A stretch of 64,000 nt of DNA from Stegostoma tigrinum (GCF_030684315.1 NC_081396.1:1302001-1366000), one strand, 5' to 3'. Positions 51,861 to 64,000 are shown, counted from the stretch's first letter. Program-made: numbers and translations. The notes: generated from the sequence alone by a model not told the origin.

Positions 51861-52225
51861 GACAATGCAATTTAAGGAAGGCTATGACCTTGCAGTGTTA
51901 CTGCTGGACTGCTAATACTGAGACAGAAGTTGTGTTCTGAGGACCAGACGTCACATTTCGCATTGGCAAATGGTACAATTAAGATTTTGTAAAATAAAAT
52001 CAGGAATGAAAAGTCGAGCAATGACCATGAATCCACGTCTATTTATCAGAAACAACCGATCTGAATCACTAATATCCTTTAAAGTGAGGAGACTGCCAAC
52101 TTTACCTGGTTTGGTCTACATGTGCCTCCCAACCCGCAGCAACGTGGTTAATTCTAAGCTGCCAAGATAACAAAATGTGAGGCTGGATGAACACAGCAGG
52201 CCAAGCAGCATCTCAGGAGCACAAA

Positions 52226-52261
52226 AGCTGACGTTTCGGGCCTAGACCCTTCATCAGAGAG
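52226..52261 (-). ncRNA. Identical hammerhead motif in the inverted pLTR copy
   Basis: Reverse complement of gacgtttcgggcctagacccttcatcag. Confidence 0.75.
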
Positions 52262-53666
52262 GGGGATGGGGTGAGGGTTCTGGAATAAATAGGGAGAGAG
52301 GGGGAGGCGGACCGAAGATGGAGGGAAAAGAAGATAGGTGGAGAGAGTATAGGTGGGGAGGTAGGGAGGGGATAGGTCAGTCCAGGGAAGACGGACAGAT
52401 CAAGGAGGTGGGATGAGGTTAGTAGGTAGATGGGGGTGCGGCTTTGACTCCCACAGCTACCTAGAGTACACCTCCTCCCACCCACCCTCCTGCAAAAATT
52501 CCATCCCCTATTCCCAGTTCCTCCGCCTCCGCCGCACCTGCTCACACGACAAGACATTCCACTCCCGCACATCCCAGATGTCCAAGTACTTCAAGGACCG
52601 CAACTTTCCCCTTACAGTGATCGAGAACGCCCTCGACCGCGTATCCCGTATTTCCCGAAACACGTCCCTCACACCCCAGCCCCACCACAACCGCCCTAAG
52701 AGGATCCCCCTCGTTCTCACACACGACCCCACCAACCTCCGGATACAACGCATCATCCTCCGACACTTCCGCCATCTACAATCCAACCCCACCACCCAAG
52801 ACATTTTTCCATCCCCACCCCTGTCGGCTTTCGGGAGAGACCACTCTCTCCGTGACTCCCTTGTTCGCTCCACACTGCCCTCCAACCCCACCACACCCGG
52901 CATCTTCCCCTGCAACCGCAGGAAATGCTAAACTTGCCCCCACACCCCCCCCTCACCCCTATCCCAGGCCCCAAGATGACATTCCACATTAAGCAGAGGT
53001 TCACCTGCACATCTGCCAATGTGGTATACTGCATCCACTGTACCCGGTGTGGCTTCCTCTACATTGGGGAAACCAAGCGGAGGCTTGGAGGCCGCTTTGC
53101 AGAACACCTCCGCTCAGTTCGCAACAAACTACTGCACCTCCCAGTCGCAAACCATTTCCACTCCCCCTCCCATTCTTTAGATGACATGTCCATCATGGGC
53201 CTCCTGCAGTGCCACAATGATGCCACCCGAAGGTTGCAGGAACAGCAACTCAAAGTCCGCCTGGGAACCCTGCAGCCTAATGGTATCAAAGTGGACTTCA
53301 TCAGTTTCAAAATCGCCCCTTCCCCAACTGCATCCCTAAACCAGCCCAGTTCGTCCCCTCCCCCTACTGCAACACACAACCAGCCCAGCTCTTCCCCTCC
53401 ACCCACTGCATCCCAAAACCAGTCCAACCCGTCTCCGCCTCCCTATCCTGTTCTTCCTCTCACCCATCCCTTCCTCCCACCCCAAGCCGCACCCCCATCT
53501 ACCTACTAACCTCATCCCACCTCCTTGACCTGTCCGTCTTCCCTGGACTGACCTACCCCCTCCCTACCTCCCCACCTACACTCTCTCCACCTGTCTTCTT
53601 TTCTCTCCATCTTCGGTCCGCCTCCCCCTCCCTACCTATTTATTCCAGAACCCTCACCCCATCCCC

Positions 53667-53702
53667 CTCTCTGATGAAGGGTCTAGGCCCGAAACGTCAG
53701 CT
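53667..53702 (+). ncRNA. Minimal type I hammerhead ribozyme motif in the PLE pLTR
   Basis: CUGAUGA-A-GGGU(CUAG)GCCC-GAAAC-GUC; palindromic ACGU stem III typical of dimer-forming PLE hammerheads; stem I is only ~2 bp. Confidence 0.75.
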
Positions 53703-54494
53703 TTTGTGCTCCTGAGATGCTGCTTGGCTTGCTGTGTTCATCCAGCCTCACATTTTGTTGTCTTGGATTCTCCAGCATCTGCAGTTCCCATTATCTCTAA
53801 CTCTAAGCTGCCGCCTGGTTAATATGGAATGGGCGAAAAATTCTGGACTGGCCACCAAAACCATCATTCTCTGAATGAATTATCTTTTTACCTTTTAAAA
53901 TGAAAACAACAACAGGTAATGGTCAAAACCCTTCTGCTCAGATGCCCTTGCCTGCAAATTATGTGGCAAGAATCTTACTTCCATTGAACAGTCCAAACAT
54001 CTTTTTTATTCCTTATCTGTCTGCATGCAGAATTGACTGCTTCAGTGACTGAAGAAACAATAATGGAGCTGTACATTGTGCAGCCATCAGGTGCATCCAT
54101 ACTGATAAACAGTGTTAATTAAAGAAGTAGCTGAATATAATTCTACACAATGGGCTGATCTGATGATTTCATGCTGTAACACCATGTGACTGAAATGAAT
54201 GGCTTTGAACATCCACAGCCATCTTTGCTCGAGTTATATATCCCTGATAATATGAGATTTCTGTGTGGTTTAATTGCTCAGTAAAATGTTACCTTGATGT
54301 CACGAGCAGTCACTCTTGATTCACCTCTGGAGACTATCTCCTTCAATAATGCTTACATCATGGTGAAATGAGGTCAGGAACTGCGTGAATCTGTCAGAAC
54401 ATAAACTTTTCAATGGTTAGCAGCTGATTCTTTTTACCAGGTGCTTTTTGAGTTAACTGTTATGGAAACGAAGAATTTGCCAAGTATAAGAATG

Positions 54495-54950
54495 TTTGAA
54501 TGGTTAACAAGGTTAAACTTCATGGAATACAGGGAGAGCTAGCCTATTTGAAACATAACTGGCTCGAAGGTAGGAGACAGAGGGCGGTGTTGGACAGTTG
54601 TTTATCAGACTGCAGATCTGTGAATAGAGTGGGTATGGTTAAGAAGTTTTCAGATGACACCCAAATTGGTGACAAACAAGAAGGTTATCTCAGAGTACAA
54701 CAGGGGCCTTAAACAATCGCGGCTGATAGGCCAAGCAGTGTCAGATAGAGTTTCATTTAGATAAAGGTGATGTGCTGCATTTTTCTCAGAAAAATGAGGG
54801 CAGGACAAGTGCACTTAATGGTAAGATTTTAAGGAATGTTTCCAAACCAAGTGATCTTGGACTGTTGGCTGATAGTTCCTTGAAAATATAATCTCAGTAG
54901 ACAAGATGGTCAAGATGGCTTTTGGTACCGATGAATTTATTGTTCAGTAA
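54495..54950 (+). mobile_element. CR1 LINE RT fragment
   Basis: KVKLHGIQGELA..NWLEGRRQRAVLD..VKKFSDDTQIG. Confidence 0.8.
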
Positions 54951-55582
54951 TTTGCGTATGACTCATTGAAACCTAACTTTGCAAATCATCAAAGAAGCAC
55001 GATAGTATAATAGTTGGTTAGATTGGGAATGCCCTTATTCTACAGAAGACAATGCTGGGAATATTTTCACTTCATCCGGTAACATGCCAATTCTGTAGCT
55101 GTACTGAATAGCAAATATCCGTGATGTCACTCAAATGCAAGATAATGATCAACTGCAAAAGTAGAGAATATGAACATCTTTTAAATTGCATCATCATTGG
55201 CATCGCTTAACCCCTCACAATCAAAATCCTGGGGGATTCAACATTGGCCGAACCTGAACTGGGCTAGAAATGCAAATATTGTGGCAACATTAGAACGTTA
55301 ACAGACAAGGGAATCTTAATCGAAAACAGACGTTAGGAACACGGTAGCAAATAACTTACCTTAGGGCCCCATAAGATATGTTCTTAATAACAAGACTTAT
55401 CACAAGATTGTGATGAAATATGTTCATCTCTCCTGAGTGAACATAGCTCCAAGAAAACTCAAGCAGATCGGCATCATCAAGGACACAACATAACATATGG
55501 TAGGATTCATGTGCAGAAGCAGATCCCCCCCCCCCCCCCCACAAACACACACACAAAGATACAAGAGAATTTGTTGCTGACT

Positions 55583-56075
55583 ATAAACACTGCATTATTT
55601 TGGGAATTATTATATTTCCTTGCTTGGGTCCTAAAGGTGGTGACTCGACCAGCCGGTCAGCAAGACTGAGCACTGCTGTGTTGCAGCTTGCCTAGTTAAA
55701 TTTCATTGCCAGTTTTCATTAACTTTAGTCATTCCCGAAACGTTTTGAACAGAAAACCTAGTAATTTTACAAGTAAGATCATCGATTGAAGTTTTAAATT
55801 TGAATAAAGCGAGATAAACATGCATTGTGTACAGGCAGGGTAGACATGACACTCTCCAAAACAGTTGCTTTGAGTCATTAATTCAACTGAAGCATCATTG
55901 GCCTTGGATCCAATGGATACTTTCTTTGAATTTCTGTCTCGCTGCCTCTGTCTATGTCGCTTTCTATCTCCCTCTCTTTGTCTCTCATTGTTTGAAAGGC
56001 ATTCAATCGTCAAGGGGTCTGACGAAGTCCAGAAAATCAACGCTCATTAATGTTGCCATGTTTTGTCGAACAATT
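55583..56075 (+). pseudogene. Decayed V segment with leader
   Basis: Leader INTALFWELLYFLAWVL with gt at 55637; acceptor aactttag at 55728; NVLNRKP; atgcattgtgtacaggcag = MH-W-YRQ with one extra base, ..TLQ; GLGSNGYF; NVAMFC at 56049..56066; a (TC)-rich insert in the middle. Confidence 0.45.
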
Positions 56076-58451
56076 GAATCAATGCTTGTTTGGAATACAT
56101 CAGGATGGTAGCTTGAAGGCATCTCATCATTCATCATTACATGAATGTATGAACAAAGGTGCAAAGGTACAACATAAGAGCTTTGGATGTCTTTTTATTG
56201 GTAAAGATGCAACCAGGAAGTATGGACATGGAAATTTAAAGGGGCAATTAAATAGATTTGGAACCATATCCTTTTGTAGATCAGCTCAGGGCCAACAGCA
56301 ACCATCAAAGCACTGTAGAAAAGAATACATGAGGGAGATTATGTGTGTACAGAAACACATGAGAACATGAAGCTTATTAACAAGTAGAAAGAGTGGAGAA
56401 GTAAAATTACAGGAGGCAGAAAGGACAGGAGAAGCAAACTTTCTGACAACTGCACTTCAGTTTAGGTGGATCAGGGATTCACTCAAATGGACTGGAAACA
56501 TAGGAATTGCCCCCTTGCCAATTATATAGCCTGCCACTTAAACAAAAATTAGGAATATGCAAAATTCAGAGAAACTAATAGCAGAAAGCACAAAAGAAAA
56601 TTAACCATTCTCTTGTAGACATTGAATTTGATAGAGACGTCTAAGAATCTTTGAGTAACAGTAAAACTACTGTGGAAATTGCAGCAGCTAAAAACAACCG
56701 ACATCTGAGAGACTCTTGGGCAGATTTCGAAGAGGGAAATCTTTAAGCTGCGCAAAGGAATGTCAAAAAGAACATGAAATTTAGCATAGAAATTAAACTG
56801 AATGTAAATCGATAAGAAAAGACAACCTTCGCAAATGAAAAATGCAAATGGACTGAGACAAGTGTAAGTCTTCATGATGTATTAAACTAAAACACATGCC
56901 TTCAATGAGCAATGTCTATTTTCACTGAAATTGTGCTTTCTGTTAGATTTTCCTGTGGTGATAATATAGCTGTGTCACTCTCTCAATTACCCCTTCAGAA
57001 AGTGGTTATCTCCGTGGTGTTAGAACGCTGCTTTGTGTTTATCTTTCCACAAGAAAGAATGGAATTTTACATTTCAAAACATGGACACGTGTAACTCACT
57101 TTACATTTTCCCACTCTGAGAAGGCGTGATCGAATTAGCTGTCGTTCCTTTGTTGCTTCCCATGAAGTTACATATTTGACTTGCTCCAATGTGTATTTAA
57201 TTAAAGTTTGAAAGCTATTTTTGAACATATGTATACCTGCGTAAAATATAACAGGCTATCTTCCTCACTGAACCATGTTAAAATGTTGATGCAATAAGTT
57301 TCAAGTTAATACGATTGCCAGGAATATGGAATTCGTTCTCGGATTAATATTCTTCCTGCATAAAATGTGAACCAGCAACTGAACAAAAGTGACTCAGATT
57401 TCGTTTGCTGGTGTGCCAGAGTCCGTCCATGCAAAGAGTATTAGCCAGGAGTAATATATTCAGGAGTTCAAAGCGTTATATATAATTCTCTGCATGCTCT
57501 TTTTAATCCTATCATGCTCATCATTTTTAAACTCTCCTCTTGCTCTGTATTGTTGTATTTTGGAAATCATCCCCACGATGTTTAGGCTTTTCTATATCTG
57601 TCTCCGTGTCCTGAATCGTGTGTATCCTGAGCGCTGATTCGATGGACACAGATACATATCCGAGCAGCTAAGTTCCATCTGAAACATTTTTTGACTGATG
57701 AGTTTCACTACATGGTCCGTCAGCAACATTTTAGTTTTTCTATCCTTCTGATGTGTGTCTCTGAAACAGGTATTTCTGACACTCAAATGCAGACTGACAA
57801 TAAAGGTAAACAATGTACTACCAGAAATCTGAATATTCACAAGTATGAAGTTCATAAATGTAAAAGTGTAGCTGGCAGCGAATGTTTGAAGAGATGGACT
57901 CCGGCACACTGTAGAACTGCATAAAAATCTTTTGTGACCATTTATCGAGAATACTTGTCAATGATGTGAACATCTCTGTGATTAAAGCATTTGAGGGAGC
58001 AGCTTCGAAATGCATTCACTATAATAAACCAATAACAACACGGCAGTGTTAAGGCCAATTTTAGAAATGGAAACATATTACTCTGATGTGGATCGTATGT
58101 GAATGAGGAAGATCCGAGAATTACTTTCCATCAGAAATTGTTAAAAAGAAACGACTAAAACAGTAAATGATTCCAGAAGATGGGGAAAATGTAAAGGCAT
58201 GAAGCAATTTAATTAGCATTGAAAGAAGTGGCTCGTACATAATGATGTGAAGGATATTATTCTGCCCTATCAAACATTATGATTTCTCTTGAAGTCTGTT
58301 CAAGTAATGGTTTGAATAAGATATAATCCAGAAAATATTTTATCAAATTATTTTCACCTTTTTACTGAGAGAATCACTTTGCGGAATTATTTGACTGGAC
58401 GCAACTCTTTTGCATGTGTGCACATCCTTTCACATTTCTTCATGCATCTAG

Positions 58452-58790
58452 ATGCCACTTTCTGACCCAGGCGACGTTGTTCCGATGATGCACTTCAGAA
58501 CATAGTGGTGAGATCATTTCTTTAACTGATTCGCTCCATTGTACACAAGACACCCACAACACTGGTACAGAAGGATTTTGTAGATTTGAAGGTGACATCA
58601 TAACAGTTTATCTCAGTCAGATGCAGAGTGTGTGGTGAAAACAAGACAGGTGGAAGCTGTTGTTGTACAATGGACTACAGAACGATTCCATTGATTGCAA
58701 TAAAGTTCAAGAGCCCCACCTGACTGGACTCAATTCAAACACCATTGAATAAAAATATAGAGTGATTAAATGACAGAAGGAAGTAAATTG
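58452..58790 (+). pseudogene. Decayed V segment plus RSS relic
   Basis: LTQ at 58462, GEIISLT, HWYRR at 58560..58574, DS..KHH* (YYC-like), TAGAGTG at 58758..58764, ~296 nt after LTQ. Confidence 0.5.
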
Positions 58791-58994
58791 ACATGTCGTG
58801 TACGTGTTGATTTTCTTAATTACCAGTTCAAACAGCAACACGTACAATTGCAATCAGCATCCCAGGTACATTACCATTCAATTCAATTTTAAATGTCCAA
58901 ATTGAACATCTCCTCACCCTGTTACGGCGTTCCAAAAAATCCCCCACTCCATTTTTCATTCTAAGCAAAACAGCACAATGTTAAACAACTGAAT

Positions 58995-59255
58995 GAAACG
59001 GTGGCACAGTGGTTGTTACTTTTACCTCACAGGGCCAGGGACCCGGTTTCATTTGCACTCTCAGGAAACTCTCTGCGAGGAATTTGTATATTCCCCTGTG
59101 CCTGCAGGCGTAATCTCACAGTTCAAAAATGCCAGGTTAATTGGGCTATCCATGGAACATGTCGGGTTATCGTGATGGCATGGGTGTGCGCTGGATGCTG
59201 TTCAGAATGTCGATGAGATTAATGGCGTCCTTCGCGTTGCTGGGATTCCATGCTT
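58995..59255 (+). mobile_element. Old HE1-type V-SINE
   Basis: cggtggcacagtggtt..cctcacagggccagggacccggtttcatt..ggaatttgtatattcccctgtgcctgc. Confidence 0.75.
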
Positions 59256-59269
59256 ATCCTATATGTCTA

Positions 59270-61130
59270 ATTAAGCTCTCTTCCAAGCTAAGAAGCTTCA
59301 ATCCAAGCAACACTCTTGTGTATCTCCTCTTCACACCCTCAATTGCAATCGTACCCTTCTACAGTATGATCAAAGAACAATACTGCTCAAGAATAGTCTT
59401 TCGGCCCTCCATGTCTGCGCCACCACATTTCACCCTTCCATAAGAAAATTACCTTCCCTTACAGCATTCGTTTCCCTCTACACCCCACCTATTGAGGTAT
59501 TGGTCCAACTTCTTGTCGAAGGCAGCTGTTGTGTCTGCTTCAACCAGGGCTCTTGCAAAGTCTTCCAAACATACATTTCCACTTGTGTGAAAAACTTGCC
59601 TTGCATATCTCTCTTTAGTTCCCCCCTTTGCACCTTGAACCTGCATCCCTGAGTAATTGATCATTCCTCCCTGGGAATAATTTGCATCCCTTCCACTCCA
59701 TCTACTGCCATTCACATTCATACAAACATCAGTTCGATCACCCACAACCTCCTGTGTTCCAGTGAAACTAAACTCAGTCTACCCACACTTCCCTCAGAGC
59801 TAAATACCTGATGCCAGGCAACAGCTGAGTAAACAAAAACAAAGTTGCTGTAAAATGTCAATAAGTCTCTCAGCATTTGTGAAGAAAAAGAAAACCAAGT
59901 TAAAGTTTCGGGTCCGGTGACCATTCCTCAGAACTCAAAAATCTGTTTTATTTTTTCCTGATTTACAGCATCCACAGTTCTTCCTGTTTTTATTTAACTC
60001 CGAGAAAGCCTTTTCTATTCCCTCCCTAAAGCATCAACAACCTGCTGGTAGTGTGCTGACGAGAACTGTTTGCAATATTCCAAGTATGACCGAACTATAA
60101 AGTCGCAGCATAACTTAGCTATCCTTATACTCAACGCCCCTTGCAATGAAGGCGAGCATACGTTAAGTCCGTGGTGAACAGAACTGCACTCAATGGCCGA
60201 AATAAGTCTTGTAAAGCACTAACGTCATACTCCCTTGCCATATTAATTGTCCAACCTGCACCAACTTGCAATTGTTTAAATACATATTTAATGACTGAAA
60301 GGGAGCGTTGATCCAGTCCAATATTTTCTACCCAATCTGTATTGAACAGCGATCACTTAAAATTCAACACAATACTGGAGGTCTGGAGTGACACGTAGTC
60401 CAGACCATGTGAGGATACCAGATTTCCTATCTGAAAGCACACTATTAGAGTTAAATTCCTCAGTCGTTCATCTGCCCATTCGATCAATGTGTCCAAATAT
60501 TCTTGCAAATTAAGATCTTCTTCATCACCATAAACTACATTGCCCCTTTTGCCACACCGTAGATGTATTTAAATCTGCCCCAACCGGTCATCTATATCGT
60601 TTATGTATATGGTATGAATAATAAACGTCTCATTATCGACCTTTGTGTTAGACCACTGCACACTGTGATCCAGTCAGACAACAGACTTCGACCACTACGC
60701 CCAGGCATGTTCCACCAAGCCGATTCTGAATCTAAATTGTCACATTATCGTGGATGCCATCTGTTTTCCATTCTTCATCAATCTCCCATGTGGAATTTGA
60801 CGAAATCCGTACAAATTACAGCAACTGTATATACATAATGAACGTCATCTACGTAAATGATTGCTTTCCCAATAAATTAAATCAATTTGTCAGGCATGAC
60901 ATTCCTCTGACAAAGTCATGCTGACTATATCTGATTGAACCTTGCCTATTTACGTGGACACAAACTCTGTATTTAAGACTAATCTCCAATGGTTTCCACA
61001 GCGGTGGTGTGAGAACCACAGTGAGATAAATTCCTGGGTCATCCCAATTATCCTTCTTGAGAAGTGGAACGACGTTCGTTTTTCTCCAGTCCGCTGCCAT
61101 CTCCCATGCGGCCAGACATAAATTAAAATA
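59270..61130 (-). mobile_element. Several decayed CR1 LINE fragments with a PLE tail inserted at ~59825..59998 (hammerhead-like CTGAGGA..GAAAC at 59901..59931, minus strand)
   Basis: DWRKTNVVPLLKK..PG.Y..V.LT..QHDFVRGMSCLTN; RLSLVSLEHRRLW.DRT.V. Confidence 0.75.
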
Positions 61131-61269
61131 TTACTCAGATCACTGGGATGCCTTACCTCTTGTCTACCACAGCTGTCCTTTAATTCATGTTAACCTCAAA
61201 ACATTCACCTGACCTCCCATATTAAATCCTAAGTGATACAGATTAGAAAAATAAAATGACAGTGATCGG

Positions 61270-61405
61270 TCACTGAGGCAATTCGTAACAAGGTGAATTA
61301 GGAGTCACTTATCAGCTATGACAGTCACTATGGTCCATGTCCTTTCACAATATATCACGCTTTCAGCACAGTGACATTACTTTCAGTCACTCTGGTGCAA
61401 AAGTC
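61270..61405 (+). pseudogene. V-segment 3' relic with a well-preserved 23-RSS
   Basis: SAMTVTMVHV..TIYH-AF-AG, then CACAGTG (61367..61373), exactly 23 nt, GCAAAAGTC (6/9 nonamer match). Confidence 0.45.
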
Positions 61406-62934
61406 ATTGAATGTTTAAGCTAACGACCACATGTTGCAAGATGCCAGGCACTGAAAAAGTTTCCAAGGATTGATATTAATTAGCAATGTTCAACAATTGC
61501 AAGACCCCTTGTTTTCAAACTGTTGTTTATGAGACTCTGAGGTCTTAGACAGGGGCCCAGGAACACAGATTGAACATAAATGCTTCATGAAAATGAAGGT
61601 AATATTCATCAAAAGATGATAGGAAGTTGCACCACGTTTCAGGAAATTAACAGATGCTTTTCACAATCTGGAAAGACAAGCAATATATCAACAATTACTG
61701 TGGAATTTTATTAGGTATTACCCATTCTGGAACACCAATTTTAAACGCAATGTTTCAAAACACGATTAAAAACTTAGGCATCGATCTATGTGGAGATAAT
61801 GATGCAAATGTTGAGATTGCACTTCAAATTCCAGCTGCCAGATTCGACTAAATTGGCGTTTGGTCCTCCTAATTGGAATAATCTTTCCCAACATTTATGT
61901 TCCGATTTGATATCGAAAAAAGAAAACAAAAAAGTGTACATGCGGGTTTAAAATTTTAAATATTCTATACATTCACGACAATGTCAAATTACTTTAGAAA
62001 CAAAACTGTGGGGCATAAAGTGCCAGGAATCAGTACATGTTTGTTTCTTTGGATCCGAAGATTAACGTTTTTTTGTTTTTTCGTTTGCTGCTGTGAAAAT
62101 CTGAAGAGAATTTTTTTTAACATGTAATTCATGAACACCATGAGCTACTGCCATATGCTTCTTCAATTCTTATGTCTCGAATTTCAAGTGAAAGGGTGCT
62201 AACTACTTCATTCACCTGAACAACAATTCACGATGTGATGGAGATCTGCTCCCACTGAGTACAAATCTGCATCTTCTGGGGGAAATGTTGGTCTTAGAAA
62301 TAATGACACCAAATGTGACTGTAATAAATTCATGCCATTCAGAAAGACTGACAAAGCTTCTAGTTCGCAGTTTAGGGAACTATGTCATTTACCAACAGAA
62401 AGAGCTTGAAAAATAGAAAGGTTATGCGGTGGAGCCAGAAATGAAAACCATTCAGAATAAAATTTGGCCCGGCAGACCGAAAGGATCCCACTTACCTACT
62501 TCTTCCCATCGCACCAGGAGGTCTTTGGTATTTTGCAGGATACACTTGAGGAATATTGGTTTATTGCCTGATCTAAAGAATGCACCTCAGTTCAGTGATA
62601 TCTTGCATCTACAGGTAAAACAAGAAAAAAACAAAACAAGCACAGAGATTTTTTTTGTCTGTTATTTTTGGGAATGTTTTGTGAATTCTTTCCCGACACA
62701 AAACATGGTTTCTATTCAGTAATGACTGATTTCCCTTCCATACCGTACGCATTTTTCAGCTGCCGTGATGGAAAATGAATTCGTACACCGACTGCTGAAG
62801 GGTATTATGATTATAATTTGGACGTGGATTTCGCTGACATCACTCCTACTTGTCCTTCATTGGATTGTGGTGAGCTGCGTTGCTCATGGCAGCAATTCAT
62901 TTGGTTTGAGGGCTGCTGCAAAATCATAGTAATT

Positions 62935-64000
62935 GTAATAGAACATTACAGCACAGTACTGGCCCTTCGGTCCTCGATGTTGTGCCGACCTGTCATATCA
63001 GTCTGAAGCCCATCTAACCTACACTATTCCATGTACTTCCATATGCTTGTCCAATGATGACTTAAATGTACTTAAAGTTGGCGAATCTACTACCGTTGCA
63101 GGCAAAGCGTTCCATTCTCTAACTACACTCTGAGTACAGGAACTACCTCCTACATCTGTCCTATGTCTTTCACCTCTCAATTTAAAGCTATGCCCCCTCA
63201 TGCTTGCCGTCACTATCCTCGGAAACAGGCTCTCCCTATCCACTCTATCGAACCCTCTGATTATCTTATATGTCTCAATTAAGTCACCTCTCAACCTTCA
63301 TCTCTCGAACGAAAACAGCCTCAAGTCCCTCAGCCTTTCCTCGTAAGACCTTCCCTCCATATCAGGCAACATCCTAGTAAATCTCCTCTGCGCCTTTTCC
63401 GAAGCTTCCACATCCTTCTTAAAATGCGATGACCAGAACTGTACGCAATACTCTAAGTGCGGCCGCACCAGAGTTTTGTACAGCTGCAGCATAACCTCTT
63501 GGTTCTGGAACTCGATCCCTCTATTAATAAAAGCTAAAACACTGTATGCCTTCTTAACAACCCTGTCAACCTGGGTGGCAACTTTCAAGGATCTGTGTAC
63601 ATGGACACCGAGATCTCTCTGCTCATCAACACTACCAAGAATATTACCATTAGCCCAGTACTTTGCCTTCTGGTTACTCCTACCAAAGTGCATCACCTCC
63701 CACTTGTCTGCATTAAACTCCATTTGCCACCTCTCGGCCCAAATTTGCAGCTTATCTATGTCTCTCTGTAACGTACAACATCCTTCGTCATTATCCACAA
63801 CTCCACCGACCTTTGGGTCGTCTGCAAATTTACTAACCCATCCTTCTACGCCCTCATCCAGGTCGTTTATAAAAATGACGAACGTGGACCCAACACCGAC
63901 CCTTGTGGTACACCACAAGTAACTGGACTCCAGGATGAACATTTCCCAATCAACTACCACCCTCTGTCTTCTTTCAGCAAGCCAATTTCATATCCAAACT
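62935..64000 (-). mobile_element. Young CR1/HER1-type LINE, ORF2 RT C-terminal half and 3' tail (runs off right edge)
   Basis: FVIFINDLDEGVEGWVSKFADDPKVGG..WQMEFNADK..RPHLEYCVQFWS..RGDLIETYKI..RGHSFKL; tail tagaacattacagcacagtactggcccttcgg. Confidence 0.95.

Larger units (their letters stand above)
52164..53797 (+). mobile_element. Young 5'-truncated Penelope-like retroelement with inverted pLTR and 15-bp TSD
   Basis: RT C-terminus (DSHSYLEYTSSHPPSCKNSIPYSQFLRLRR), CxxxxC linker, GIY-YIG (NVVYCIHCTRCGFLYIGETKRRL..RF.EH); one in-frame stop at 52929; 281-bp inverted arms 52164..52444 / 53484..53764; TSD taa(t/c)tctaagctgcc at 52149..52163 and 53798..53812. Confidence 0.95.

Noticed and set aside
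62570-62935. Leader-intron-V-like arrangement (gt at 62614, ag at 62760, ..LHWI)
   Set aside because: No convincing FR1 Gln or Cys, and it is cut by the LINE; not distinguishable from chance.

Overview
Eukaryotic, AT-rich, repeat-laden draft-assembly DNA with 4 N gaps. HE1-type V-SINEs, CR1/HER1-type LINEs and Penelope-like elements point to a cartilaginous fish (shark); this is inferred from recalled repeat families, not from a search. Two layers are interleaved. (1) A cluster of two-exon, class A orphan GPCR genes of the GPR139/GPR142-like group: two intact 323-aa genes (join 2465..2534,5773..6674 on +; join 36855..36924,32422..33323 on -), one recent pseudogene (18747..22991 +) and three older pseudogenic remnants (13204..13806, 29210..29327, ~49740..50510, all -). 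The cluster was built by a ~16.2-kb tandem duplication (1..13320 vs 16285..29327) and an older inverted duplication. (2) A heavily decayed array of immunoglobulin/T-cell-receptor V gene segments, not visible in the ORF track. All are on the + strand, locally ~0.45-0.5 kb apart, many with leader/phase-1 intron relics, FR1-Cys, W-Y-R-Q, D-x-A-x-Y-Y-C and 23-bp RSS remnants, and of mixed TCRalpha/delta-like, VH-like and VL/gamma-like character. These V calls come from manual translation across frameshifts and need HMM confirmation. Also present: a young Penelope-like insertion with 281-bp inverted ends, a 15-bp TSD and hammerhead-ribozyme cores, many degenerate hammerhead-bearing PLE tails, SINEs, LINE fragments and microsatellites.
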